From Squalus acanthias (Eukaryota): a DNA stretch of 64,000 nt. Location of the stretch: assembly GCA_030390025.1 (NCBI GenBank), contig CM059431.1, positions 97,776,001-97,840,000 of the forward strand. The letters are read 5' to 3'. Under the pieces are notes generated by a model, which was not told the DNA's origin, searched no databases, and worked only from the letters and a program-made list of their open reading frames with translations. This document shows, piece after piece, positions 36,317 through 49,996 of this stretch; the first letter of the stretch is position 1, and every line of letters starts with the position of its first letter. Both the position numbers and the translations under genes were made by a program.

Positions 36317-39300
36317 CACCAGGATTGTGTGCAATATAGTGACACCAGGTTTATGTGCAATATAATGTGAAACTAGGATTGTGTGCAATATAGTGACACC
36401 AGGATTGTGTGCAATATAGTGACACCAGGTTTATGTGCAATATAATGTGAAACTAGGATTGTGTGCAATATAGTGACACCAGGATTGTGTGCAATATAGT
36501 GACACCGGGATTGTGTGCAATATAGTGAGACACCAGGGTTGTGTGCAATATAGTGACACCAGGATTGTGTGCAATATAGTGACACCAGGATTGTGTGCAA
36601 TATAGTGACACCAGGATTGTGTGCAATATAGTGACACCAGGATTGTGTGCAATATAGTGACACCAGGATTGTGTGCAATATAGTGACACCAGGATTGTGT
36701 GCAATATAGTGACACCAGGATTGTGTGCAATATAGTGAGACACCAGGTTCGTGTGCAATATAGTGACACCAGGATCGTGTGCAATATATTGAGACACCAG
36801 GATTGTGTGCAATATAGTGACACCAGGATTGTGTGCAATATAGTGACACCAGGATTGTGTGCAATATAGTGACACCAGGATTGTGTGCAATATAGTGACA
36901 CCAGGATTGTGTGCAATATAGTGACACCAGGATTGTGTGCAATATAGTGAGACACCAGGTTCGTGTGCAATATAGTGACACCAGGATCGTGTGCAATATA
37001 TTGAGACACCAGGATTGTGTGCAATATATTGAGACACCAGGATTGTGTGCAATAGTGTCACCAGGATTGTGTGCAATATAGTGAGACACCAGGATTGTGT
37101 GCAATATAGTGACACACCAGGATTGTGTGCAATATAGTGACACCAGGATTGTGTGCTATATAGTGACACCAGGTTTGTGTGCAATAGAGTGAGACACCAG
37201 GATTGTGTGCAATATAGTGACACCAGGATTGTGTGCAATATAGTGACACCAGGATTGTGTGCAATATAGTGACACCAGGGTTGTGTGCAATATAGTGACA
37301 CCAGGATTGTGTGCAATATAGTGACACCAGGATTGTGTGCAATATAGTGACACCAGGATTGTGTGCAATATCGTGTCACACCAGGATTGTGTGCAATATA
37401 GTGAGACACCAGGATTGTGTGCAATATCGTGTCACACCAGGATTGTGTGCAATATAGTGAGACACCAGGATTGTGTGCAATATCGTGTCACACCAGGATT
37501 GTGTGCAATATAGTGAGACACCAGGATTGTGTGCAATATAGTGAGACACCAGGATTGTGTGCAATATAGTGACACCAGGTTTGTGTGCAATATCGTGTCA
37601 CACCAGGATTGTGTGCAATAGAGTGAGACACCAGGATTGTGTGCAATAGTGTCACCAGGATTGTGTGCAATATAGTGACACACCAGGATTGTGTGCAATA
37701 TAGTGACACACCAGGATTGTGTGCAATATAGTGACACCAGGATTGTGTGCAATATAGTGAGACACCAGGATTGTGTGCAATAGTGTCACCAGGATTGTGT
37801 GCAATATAGTGAGACACCAGGATTGTGTGCTATATAGTGAGACACCAGGATTGTGTGCAATAGTGTCACCAGGATTGTGTGCAATATAGTGAGACACCAG
37901 GATTGTGTGCAATATAGTGAGACACCAGGATTGTGTGCAATATAGTGAGACACCAGGATTGTGTGCAATATAGTGACACCAGGATTGTGTGCAATATAGT
38001 GACACCAGGATTGTGTGCAATATAGTGAGACACCAGGATTGTGTGCAATATAGTGACACCAGGATTGTGTGCAATATAGTGAGACACCAGGTTCGTGTGC
38101 AATATAGTGACACCAGGATCGTGTGCAATATATTGACACCAGGATCGTGTGCAATATAGTGAGACACCAGGATTGTGTGCAATATAGTGAGACACCAGGA
38201 TTGTGTGCAATATTGTGACACCAGGATTGTGTGCAATATCGTGTCACACCAGGATTGTGTGCTATATAGTGACACCAGGATTGTGTGCAATATAGTGACA
38301 CCAGGATTGTGTGCAATATAGTGACACCAGGATTGTGTGCAATAGTGTCACCAGGATTGTGTGCAATATAGTGACACCAGGATTGTGTGCAATATAGTGA
38401 GACACCAGGATTGTGTGCAATATAGTGAGACACCAGGATTGTGTGCAATATCGTGTCACACCAGGATTGTGTGCAATATAGTGACACACCAGGATTGTGT
38501 GCAATATAGTGACACCAGGATTGTGTGCAATATAGTGACACCAGGATTGTGTGCAATATAGTGACACCAGGATTGTGTGCAATATAGTGACACCAGGATT
38601 GTGTGCAATATAGTGAGACACCAGGATTGTGTGCAATATAGTGAGACACCAGGATTGTGTGCAATATAGTGACACCAGGTTTGTGTGCAATATCGTGTCA
38701 CACCAGGATTGTGTGCAATATAGTGACACCAGGATTGTGTGCAATACAGTGTCACCAGGTTTGTGTGCAATATAGTGACACACCAGGATTGTGTGCAATA
38801 TAGTGACACCAGGATTGTGTGCTATATAGTGACACCAGGTTTGTGTGCAATAGAGTGAGACACCAGGATTGTGTGCAATATAGTGACACCAGGATTGTGT
38901 GCAATATAGTGACACCAGGATTGTGTGCAATATAGTGACACCAGGATTGTGTGCAATATAGTGAGACACCAGGATTGTGTGCAATATAGTGAGACACCAG
39001 GATTGTGTGCAATATAGTGAGACACCAGGATTGTGTGCAATATAGTGAGACACCAGGATTGTGTGCAATATAGTGAGACACCAGGATTGTGTGCAATATA
39101 GTGAGACACCAGGATTGTGTGCAATATAGTGAGACACCAGGATTGTGTGCAATATAGTGAGACACCAGGATTGTGTGCAATATAGTGAGACACCAGGATT
39201 GTGTGCAATATCGTGTCACACCAGGATTGTGTGCAATATAGTGAGACACCAGGATTGTGTGCAATATCGTGTCACACCAGGATTGTGTGCAATATAGTGA

Positions 39301-39916
39301 GACACCAGGATTGTGTGCAATATAGTGAGACACCAGGATTGTGTGCAATATAGTGACACCAGGATTGTGTGCAATATAGTGAGACACCAGGATTGTGCGC
39401 AATATAGTGACACCAGGTTTGTGTGCAATATCGTGTCACACCAGGATTGTGTGCAATATAGTGACACACCAGGATTGTGTGCAATATAGTGACACACCAG
39501 GATTGTGTGCAATATAGTGACACACCAGGATTGTGTGCAATATAGTGACACCAGGATTGTGTGCTATATAGTGACACCAGGTTTGTGTGCAATAGAGTGA
39601 GACACCAGGATTGTGTGCAATATAGTGACACCAGGATTGTGTGCAATATAGTGACACCAGGATTGTGTGCAATATAGTGACACCAGGATTGTGTGCAATA
39701 TAGTGAGACACCAGGTTCGTGTGCAATATAGTGACACCAGGATCGTGTGCAATATATTGAGACACCAGGATCGTGTGCAATATAGTGAGACACCAGGATC
39801 GTGTGCAATATAGTGAGACACCAGGATTGTGTGCAATATAGTGACACCAGGATTGTGTGCAATATAGTGAGACACCAGGATTGTGTGCAATATAGTGAGA
39901 CACCAGGATTGTGTGA
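36317..39916. repeat. 3.6-kb minisatellite with 24/26/28-bp units (gacaccaggattgtgtgcaatatagt)
   Basis: Direct reading; source of all the HYIAHNPG ORFs. Confidence 0.97.
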
Positions 39917-41254
39917 CATTAGAATATGATGAGAACGCGGACTGAAATACCGTTTATAATTAATTGATATTTAGTGTACAGTATTTACTCTCCTGTAGCA
40001 GGACAATAAATAGGGAAAAATCTCCATTCCTTTAATACACTCAACTCGTCCACCCTCGGATATCTTTCTGCTTCTTTCAGTCATATTTTCTTTTTCTTTT
40101 TCTTTCTCTCACATTTGCCTCTTATCTCGGAGAATATTTCAGACTCTCTTACACTCGCCCTTTTGTGCAGGTCTCTCTCTCGACTTTCTTTGTTTCCTGC
40201 TCCCTCTGTAAGGCTATCCTCCAATTTCTATCTGTCTTGCTGTATTTTTCTTCCTGTATGTCTTTCTTTTGTTGTTTCTGTGCCTCTGTTATTTCCACTT
40301 GTACACTTTATATACATAATCAAACCAGTAGGCTACAGATGGTGACAAACGGTGCAGTGTTTTGTTCAGAGCACGTTGCGGACGCTGTGTTCCGTTCTGG
40401 TCCCTGCGGCATTCGGGCTTTGATCAAAGTGAGCAATTTGATTGGATGTTAATTGGTATCTTTTTGTTGGGTAAGGGTATTAAGGGTTACAGAACAAAGG
40501 TGGGTAGATGGAGTTAAGATACAGATCAGCCGTGATCTCATTGAATGGCGGGACTGGCTCGAGGGGCTGAATGGTCTCCCCCCTGCTCCTATGTTTCTAA
40601 CTTTTGTCCAGTGAATTGAATGAGGTAGTGATTGACAAAACTTGAGCCAGTCAGTATGGTTAACGTAACAGATGACTTGTTTAACCACGTCAGTGTTTTA
40701 TCCTATGGCGCATCAAGTTAAAAAAGTCTTTTTAAATGTCCCACAATCACATTCAGCAAAGCTTTGAATCAATTGTGCTCCAATATGTTTCCAATTTACT
40801 ACTGGACAGTACTCTCAGACATCTGTAATCTTATCAATTCATGTTTTTTATAGAAAAACTAGATTCGTTGAGTGTTTCTCATTTTCATTATTAAATGAAG
40901 TCAAAATAAATAGAAAATTAGTCAACATTGAATACAGACTTCTACAAGTGATTATTTTTAAATAGAAAGTTGAGTTGCCACCTTAAAATTGAGGTCAGAA
41001 ATAGCATTGATGAGGTTAGATGAGGAAGGCTGGGAGGAGGAGTGTGAACCAGATGGCCTGTTTCTGTGCTGCGAATACTATGTAACTCCGAGCCCGCCTC
41101 ATCTCTCTCTGCTCCCTGTACCGTCGTCCTTCCACTGCCGCCTTACTCACGCTCGTTGTCCAAGTCTCCTCCCGCTTGCTTTGTGAGCTGCGTCTCCCTG
41201 CACTGCCCTAAAGAAAGCGGGTGGTGGTGATTATTTGTCATCTTCAACATGTCA

Positions 41255-41389
41255 TGTGTACTGTGGGGATTAAAGTAGGGACAGGGTACTGGATTTGGAT
41301 GATCAGCCATGATCGTATTGAATGGCGGAGCAGGCTCGACGGGCCGAATGGCCTACTCCTGCTCCTAGATTCTATGTTTCTATGTTTCT
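41255..41389 (+). mobile_element. Short CR1-tail retroelement copy, possible TSD ATGTCA
   Basis: Two mismatches relative to 3747-3880; ends in (ttctatgt)n. Confidence 0.75.
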
Positions 41390-42145
41390 ATGTCAGAAAC
41401 CGAGTTTTAAAAAATCCACTAAATTAGTTTGCAATTTTCCTTCCAATTAATTCTCCATAACTCTGCACTGTGATGTTGGAGGTTTTGACTTTCTTAAGTC
41501 TGTCACTTGAAAAGCCAACTGGTTAGTTTATGGGCTGGATATTGCAGCCACAGTGAAGGCTCACTCGGATGATCTCAGGGACAAGAGGTTGTAGTTGGGA
41601 AGAAAGGTTGGACAGTCGGGGCTTTTCACTGGTTAAGAGAGAATCTAATAGAAGATCCAAACTTTTGAGAGGGTAAATAGTGAAAGATGTTTTCTGCACA
41701 GACAGAGGATTCTCACTAGAAAAAAACGCAGGGAAGTTAGAAGAAATATTTTTGCTCCGAGGGTTCCTAGAACATGGAATATTTGACTGGGAGGAGCAAT
41801 TCAGAGACTGACATCATTTACGGGGGGATTGGATCAGTATCTGAAAAGGAAGAATATTAAAGGATACGGGGGGTAATAGAGTTGACAGACCCAGTTGATG
41901 AGCTAGCTCCAGCATAGGCATGATGGACCGAATGGCCGCCTCCTATAGATTCTATGCTCAGTTTTGGTTTTTCCCTTTACCTCCACTAGCAGTCACAGCT
42001 AATTAATCCCTGTGTTTATTAATGGCAGCAGTGATCAGAAGGTAAGCTAGCCCTGTGCGGAGTGTCTAGAGCATTGGGTAGCCTCGCTATTGCTTGCCTC
42101 GCTCTGACGTTTTGTTCAGCTTGTTACATTTTGTTCTTTTCCCAG

Positions 42146-42403
42146 ATCCCAGCAGCAGACGGATCGTCAGCGGCCCTTCGCAGTGTTGCTGAGCAGCTGG
42201 TTAGTTTTCGGCAGGAAGTAAGGAACTATGCCCTGGCAGTGAATGACCGGGAGCTGGGGTCAAGTGAAGGCCGAGAGATGTCCAAGGAGGAGAAACAGGA
42301 GCTGAGGGAGAGGCGGAGGCTGCTGATGATTGAGCGGCAGCCTCTCCTGCAGGCCTGCGACTCGCTGCGGCAGGATCTCAGTGCTCTCGGAATAAATATA
42401 AAG
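42146..42403 (+). CDS. CARS2: CARS2 exon, 258 bp (IPAADGSSAALRSVAEQLVSFRQEVRNYAL...ERQPLLQACDSLRQDLSALGINIK)
   Basis: ttcccag acceptor; aag|gttagt donor; anticodon-binding-domain pattern ACDxLR..L...GINIK. Confidence 0.95.
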
Positions 42404-42609
42404 GTTAGTGGGAGACCAGCGATCACAGCAGAGAAACATACGGAAAAGAACAGGGAAAGGCACCTGCTGGGCCATTGGGCCTGTCGTATACGGTCCTGGT
42501 GTAACTTCCACACACCACTGCCCCCACCTGCTTGCCACGTTTCCCATCAATGACATCCCTTGAGGAGAGAATGAAACCAGAGAGAAAAAAATCATCCTAT
42601 AACTTGAAT

Positions 42610-43150
42610 AATGACAAAAGGGTTAAATTATGAGGACAGGTTGCACAGACTAGGCCTGTATTCCCTCGAGTATAGAAGATTAAGGGGTGATCTGATCGAG
42701 GTGTTTAAGATGATTAAAGGATTTGATGGGGTCGAGAGAGAGAAACTATTTCCTCTGGTGGGGGGAGTCCAGAACAAGGGGGCACAACCTTAAAATTAGA
42801 GCTAGGCCGTTCAGGGGTGATGTCAGGAAGCACTTCTTCACTCAAAGGGTAATGGAAATCTGGAAAACTCTCCCCAAAAAAGCTGTTGAGGCTGGGAGTC
42901 AACTGAAAATTTCAAAACTGAGATGGATAGATTTTTATTGGTTAAGGGTATTTTTTACCTGACGAAGGAGCAGCGCTCCGAAAGCTCGTGATTTCAAATA
43001 AAACTGTTGGACTATAACCTGGTGTTGTGCGACTTCTCAAGGGTATTAAGGGTTAAGGAACCAAAGCGAGTAGACGGAGTTAAGATACAGATCAGCCATG
43101 ATCTAATTGAAAGGCGGAACAGGATCGAGGGGCCTGTCCCTATGTTCTAA
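42610..43150 (+). mobile_element. CR1 3' fragment with a nested PLE insert
   Basis: YEDRLHRLGLYSLEYRRLRGDLIEVFK. Confidence 0.9.
42953..43038 (+). ncRNA. 86-bp PLE family A insert consisting of a minimal hammerhead (42955-42991) plus tail; 9-bp TSD
   Basis: TTAC-CTGACGA-A-GGAGC-agc-GCTCC-GAAA-GC-TC-GTGA; AAGGGTATT at 42944-42952 and 43039-43047. Confidence 0.8.
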
Positions 43151-43351
43151 CGACAATTTGCTTTATAATAGTTCCTTAATTGTACCAAAATGACAAAGTC
43201 CTTCACACAGGAGGAAGATGGTTGGGCGTTAGAGGATTTAGGAGAGAGAGAGACAGGCCAAATGGTAGAGGATTTAATTGCGGTACACTGCATGACATTC
43301 TGCGTGCAGTATAACGTACAAAGCCTTCATGGTGTTTGGTGATTAACGGGC

Positions 43352-44830
43352 CACAATGCACAATAATACACAATGCAAATAATACACAATGTACTATAAT
43401 ACACAATGCAAATAATACACAATGTACTATAATACACAATGCAAATAATACACAATGTACTATAATACACAATGCAAATTATACACAATGCACTATAATA
43501 CACAATGCAAATAATACACAATGCACTATAATACACAATGCAAATTATACACAATGCACTATAATACACAATGCACTATAATACACAATGCAAATAATAC
43601 ACAATGCACTATAATACACAATGCACTATAATACACAATGCAAATAATACACAATGCACTATAATACACAATGCAAATAATACACAATGTACTATAATAC
43701 ACAATGCAAATAATACACAATGCACTATAATAGTGCAAATTATACACAATGCACTATAATACACAATGCAAATAATACACAATGCGCTATAATACACAAT
43801 GCAAATTATACACAATGCACTATAATACACAATGCAAATAATACACACTACTATAATACACAATGCAAATAATACACAATGTACAGGAAACTTTCGTTTA
43901 TCCGGCACCCAAATATCCGGAATTCTCGCTTAACCGGCAAAAATCATCCTCCGAAAACTCCTCTCAAATAACCGGCAATGTTGCCGAGTCGCAGTCGAGT
44001 CTCCGCGAACGCCGAGTGCTCCGAAAAATCCTCTCAAATAACCGGCAATGTTGCCGATCCCGAGTCCGAGTCCGAGAACGCCGATTTAGTCAGATGGGGT
44101 ACTTTTCAAAAGTGCCACTACTCGGCCTCCTGGCGCAAGTCCGAAACATTGCAGTAGCAGGAGTAGATTCTCCTGTGCTGCTTGGAGTCTCTTTGTTAAA
44201 AATAGACTCGGTAGATATAACTCTCTGTTATCCGGTACTTTCGATAAACCGGCACCCCGTCGATGCCGGATAAACGAAAGTTTCCTGTACTATAATACAC
44301 AATGCAAATAATACACAATGCACTATAATACACAATGCAAATAATACACAATGCACTATAATACACAATGCAAATAATACACAATGTACTATAATACACA
44401 ATGCACTATAATACACAATGCAAATAATACACAATGCACAATAATACACAATGTACTATAATACACAATGCAAATTATACACAATGCACTATAATACACA
44501 ATGCAAATAATACACAATGCACTATAATACACAATGCACTATAATACACAATGTACTATAATACACAATGCAAATAATACACAATGCACTATAATACACA
44601 GTGCAAATTATACACAATGCACTATAATACACAATGCAAATAATACACAATGTACTATAATACACAATGCAAATTATACACAATGCAAATTATACACAAT
44701 GCACTATAATACACAATGCACTATAATACACAATGCAAATAATACACACTACTATAATACACAATGCAAATAATACACAATGTACTATAATACACAATGC
44801 AAATAATACACAATGCACTATAATACACAA
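43352..44830. repeat. AT-rich minisatellite of alternating 16/17-bp subunits (aatacacaatgcaaat / aatacacaatgcactat)
   Basis: Direct reading; interrupted by a MITE. Confidence 0.95.
43884..44287. mobile_element. pogo/Tigger-like MITE, copy 2 (404 bp, perfect 24-bp TIR, TA TSD), opposite orientation to copy 1
   Basis: TA|CAGGAAACTTTCGTTTATCCGGCA ... TGCCGGATAAACGAAAGTTTCCTG|TA. Confidence 0.92.
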
Positions 44831-45834
44831 TGGATAGGCACTTACAGCAAGGGACCAACACTCTATGTTGCACACTGTTTTCGTACGACACCATACTTTA
44901 CATTTCTTCCAACTCTTTGTCCCAGAAACGTTCAATTATTGTGGCCTTGCACTGAATTTACTCGTGTGCCGAGCAGGCTTTGTCTGCCCTCTGCTCCCCA
45001 AAGTAGGGATTGCACCACTGAGATGCTGCGTTGCAACCTGCAGTGCCACTATTCACCAACAGAATGTCCTTATTGAAACGGGGATTTCCAGGACGACATT
45101 CAGTCTTTCTGTGGGTTTCTTAGCCGTGACTAGGCCAGGGGAGTAAATGCTTAGATTTGTTTGACTTCAGTGTGACTGGGAAAACTGATCCCTTTCAGAA
45201 AGGCTTTATTATTCAGAGAAAATTGCATTAATTTTGAGAAGCAAGTGTCTTTCTATCTTGTACATTGTTTCCCTTTAATAATCACGAACATAATGAAGAA
45301 TAACTTCATAAAAATTAATTTGCACACAGTTTAGAGAATGCATAAGTTAACTCATTTTTTAAAAAAAACAGGGCCACTGAAAGCAGCTTTAAACAACTAG
45401 TGACTTATGATTGCTATTCTAAAGTTCACTAATCAAACAGAACATCAAACTAAATGTTTAATCTTGCACAGAACCACTTAACGTTTTTTAATATAATGCT
45501 GTGAAATTTAATATTTGAATCTACTGTATGCAAGTTAGTCACTTTGTCCCCATGTTAAACCATTCTGTTTTAAACGCCCAGTGTACTTCAGGTTGATGTT
45601 AGGGCGGTTGCACAGATACGAAGATAGAAAATGCTAATTCCTCAAAATTGGCAGGCGAGAGTTTTCCAGAGGTGCACAGGTATAGAGCAGTTTCTCTGGT
45701 GCTGAGGATCATGGGTAGGAAGCACTGCCATTTAAAGATTATATGTAACTATAAAAAGTATCAGTAATGGAGACAATATGGTATATTCAATCAATATTGT
45801 TCATAAAATATGTATTTGTATTAAGAACATTAAT

Positions 45835-46570
45835 CAGCTAAAAACAGTGGAGGTCCAAAGAGACTTGAGGGTCCAGGTACATAGATCATTAAAATGTCAT
45901 GAACAGGTACAGAAAATAATCAAAAAGGCTAATGGGATGCTGTCCTTTATATCTAGAGGACTAGAATACAAGGGGGTAGAAGTTATGCTGCAGCTGTACA
46001 AAGCCCTGGTTAGACCACACCTCGAGTACTGTGTTCAGTTCTGGGCACCACACCTTAAGAAGGATATATTGGCCTTGGAGGGAGTGCAGCGTAGGTTTAC
46101 CAGAATGATACCCGGACTCCAGGAGTTAAAATACGAGGAGAGATTACACAAACTAGGGTTGTATTCCCTGGAAGTTAGAAGGTTAAGGGGTGATTTGATC
46201 GAGGTTTTCAAGATATTAAGGGGAACAGATAGGGTCGATAGAGAGAAACTATTTCTGCTGGTTGGGGAGTCTAGGACTAGGGGGGGGCATAGTCTAAAAA
46301 TTAGAGCCAGACCTTTCAGGAGTGAAGTTAGGAAACACTTCTACACACAAAAGGGTGGTAGAAGTTTGGAACTCTTCCGCAAGCGGCAATTGATGCTGGG
46401 TCAATTGTTAATTTTAAATCTGAGATTAGTAGATTTTTGTTAACTGAAGATATTAAGGGATATGGGCCAAAGGTGGGTATATGGAGTAAGGTCACAGATC
46501 AGCCATGATCTCATTGAATGGTGAAGCAGGCTCGAGGGGCTAAATGGCCTCCTCCTGTTCCTATGCTCCT
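45835..46570 (+). mobile_element. CR1 3' fragment
   Basis: ORF 45778-46443 [21 protein letters not shown]. Confidence 0.93.
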
Positions 46571-46729
46571 AATGAAATTGGAATAAAGGCCATCAAATAG
46601 GCTGTGTTTTGTTGCCCGATCTACACTCCCTATGGTTCATTATAGGGCAACGATGCATCAGACACCCTTACTCACAAACCGAAATCCATCCTTACTAAAT
46701 GTCATTACTGCCTTCAAAATTAAAAACTA

Positions 46730-47512
46730 TTTACTGCACAGAAACAGGCCATTCGGCCCAACTGGTCCGTGCCGGTGTTTGTGCTCCACACCAGCCTCCT
46801 CCCTCCCCTCTTCATCTCACCCTATCAGTATATCCTTCTATTCCTTTCTCCCTCATGTGTTTATCTAGCTTCCCCTTAATTGCATCTATACTATTCGCCT
46901 CAACCACTCCCTGTGGTAATGAGTTCCACATTCTCGCCACTCTGAGTGGAAGTTTCTCCTGAATTCCTTTTGGATTTATTAGTGACTATTTTATATTTAT
47001 GGCCCCTAGTTCTGGTCTTGTCTGCAAGTGGAAACATTTCATCTACGTCTACCCTATCAAAGCCCTTCATAATTTTAAAGAACTCTTATCAGGTCACCCG
47101 TCAGTCTTCTCTTTTCTAGAGAAGAGAATCACAGCCTGTTCAATATTTCCTGATGGGTATAACCTCTCAGTTCTGGTATCATTCTAGTAAAAAAAAAAAT
47201 TGCACACCTTCAGTGCCTCAATATCCTTTTTATAATATGGAGACCAGAACTTTCCACAGTACTCCAATATGGTCTAACATAACTTCTCTGCTATTCTATC
47301 CCTCTAGAAATGAACCCCAGTGCTTTGTTTGCTTTTTTAATGGCCTTATTAACCTGCGTTGCTTCTTTTAATGATTTGTGTATCTGTACCCCCGGATCAC
47401 TCTGTTCCTCTACCCCATTTAGACACTTATTTTCTAAGGAGTGTGTGCCTTCATTATTCTTCCTACCAAAATGTACCACCTTGCCTTTATCTATATTGAA
47501 GTTCATTTGCCA
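46730..47512 (-). mobile_element. CR1 3' fragment
   Basis: FNIDKGKVVHFGRKN...KKANKALGFISRGIE; CR1 tail near 46740. Confidence 0.88.
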
Positions 47513-48789
47513 AATCAGGTTACAATTCTAATTGTTCACATTCAACTCTATTCTCTCACATGAAATGGCTCACTAATAACATTACCGTTCTGAGGAGCTT
47601 CTTGCTTTAGATAATTCTGTTTGATGCAACAGTGTTCGTCACACCATAAGTGACCTGAGTATCTTACATTTATGGCACTATATCTAACTGTGCAGTCATG
47701 CAACCCCGGGGTGTAATAATAGTGCTCCCCTGTGATCTAACCCGGATATTTGTGTCTTTCGCATGTGGCTATATGTGTGCTATTTGAAGACAGACCGTGA
47801 AAACACTTTGTAAAAGGAAGCTGCTTTATTTCGGTCATCAGTTATGAAGAGATTCACTTAGTTCAATCAGTACAACTTGTGTTTACAGCATAATACAAAA
47901 TAATGACAATGCTGCACTTCCCCAGATCGGTAGGTCGTGTTACTTAAATGAAATAACTCCTAGTTACCATCCTGCATTCCTCAATGGATCCTGGCCAAAG
48001 CTTGCCCTTGCAGCTTTCTGTTTCCTGACCTGACTGATTGCTGTGGCTCTGTCTCTGTTTCTTTTTACACCCAATGTTCACAGGTAGAAGGGAAGGCCCG
48101 TCAGACCATCCCTTCTGAGCACCTGGGACCAGAGACTTCCCACCACAATGGGTGTGAGACGTTTACCGATTACTGAGACAGGCTAACAAATTCTCATTGT
48201 TTATGGTCTTTGGAGAAACCGTGTCAAAGCTTAGCTCATTAGCATTGAACCACCTTTCACCTTAATTCCTTTTTTAACTTGCTTTATAAACATAACATTG
48301 AAAAGCAACTCCTTGGCACATCCCTGCTGTTTCATTGGCTGTAAAGCACTTTGGGATGACCTGAGGTTGTGAAAGGTGCTATGGAAATACAATTCTTTCT
48401 TTCTCTAACTACTCAAGTCTCTTGCTCTCTGGATTAAGCAAACACACTCTCCAATCATCTGGAACTGCTTCAGAAACTGTTCCCTTAACATTAGTTGCCG
48501 TAATCCCTTCTAATCCATCGCATTTTCTCCAGCTACCCATAACCTCCACATATCTTCCAGCTCTGTGACTAATGCTTTATTGGTTCCACACAGCATCTTC
48601 TGTTGCTGGTTAAATGTTTGCCTGTGTGCTTCTGGCATTGAGTTACAAGCAATAAAGCTTTACAATGAGTTTGTACTATCTATTGAGTCCATGCGTGAAA
48701 ATACCTGGAGCTAAGGGGATGTTACAAGTAGTTCCAGCCAATCTGTTTGTTCCACTTATCACAACTGGCCAATAACATGGACGCATCTT

Positions 48790-49120
48790 TTTTAAAATTT
48801 GTTTATGGGATGTGGGGGTCGCTGGCAAGGCCAGCATTTATTACCCATCCCTAATTGCCCCTTGAGAAGGTGGTGGTGAGCCGCCTTCTTGAACCGCTGC
48901 AGTCCGTGTGGTGAAGGTGCTCCCACAGTGCTGTTAGGGAGGGAGTTCCAGGATTTTGACCCAGCGACGATGAAGGATCAGCGATATATTTCCAAGTCAG
49001 GATGGTGTGTGACTTGGAGGGAAACTTGGAGGTGGTGGTGTTCCCATGCGCCTGCTGCCCTTGTCCTCTAGGTAGAAGAGGTCACGGGTTTGGGAGGTGC
49101 TGCTGAAGAAACCTTGGCTA
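48790..49120 (-). mobile_element. 3' end of a second non-LTR retrotransposon family
   Basis: Nearly colinear with 54200-54520. Confidence 0.8.
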
Positions 49121-49245
49121 AATCTCCACCCTGTGAATGTTTGGTTCCAGACTGGCTTTAACAAAATTCTCCTGTGCCAAGTTACAGACTAGATGAGCTC
49201 TTTCTCCCCCCCCCCCCCCCCCCCCCAACCCCGTTCACCATCCGC

Positions 49246-49996
49246 CTTTCTCCGCCAGTCCCTGCTCCTCTTTCTCCCCCGGTCCCTGCTCCTCTTTCTC
49301 CCCCGGTCCCTGCTCCTCTTTCTCCCCCGGTCCCTGCTCCTCTTTCTCCCCCCGGTCCCTGCTCCTCTTTCTCCCCCCGGTCCCTGCTCCTCTTTCTCCC
49401 CCCGGTCCCTGCTCCTCTTTCTCCCCCCGGTCCCTGCTCCTCTTTCTCCCCCCGGTCCCTGCTCCTCTTTCTCCCCCCGGTCCCTGCTCCTCTTTCTCCC
49501 CCCGGTCCCTGCTCCTCTTTCTCCCCCCGGTCCCTGCTCCTCTTTCTCCCCCCGGTCCCTGCTCCTCTTTCTCCCCCCGGTCCCTGCTCCTCTTTCTCCC
49601 CCCGGTCCCTGCTCCTCTTTCTCCCCCCGGTCCCTGCTCCTCTTTCTCCCCCCGGTCCCTGCTCCTCTTTCTCCCCCCGGTCCCTGCTCCTCTTTCTCCC
49701 CCCGGTCCCTGCTCCTCTTTCTCCCCCCGGTCCCTGCTCCTCTTTCTCCCCCCGGTCCCTGCTCCTCTTTCTCCCCCCGGTCCCTGCTCCTCTTTCTCCC
49801 CCCGGTCCCTGCTCCTCTTTCTCCCCCCGGTCCCTGCTCCTCTTTCTCCCCCCGGTCCCTGCTCCTCTTTCTCCCCCGGTCCCTGCTCCTCTTTCTCCCC
49901 CGGTCCCTGCTCCTCTTTCTCCCCCGGTCCCTGCTCCTCTTTCTCCCCCCGGTCCCTGCTCCTCTTTCTCCCCCCGGTCCCTGCTCCTCTTTCTCC
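49246..49996. repeat. 24/25-bp pyrimidine-rich minisatellite (ggtccctgctcctctttctcccccc)
   Basis: About 30 almost identical units. Confidence 0.96.

Noticed and set aside
36373..39919. Many 100-320-aa ORFs
   Set aside because: Products of the 26/28-bp tandem repeat.
47712..48297. Possible solo LTR (TGTAATA...ATAACA); similar case at 9477-9928 (TGTC...GACA)
   Set aside because: No matching target-site duplication found, so the boundaries are unsupported.
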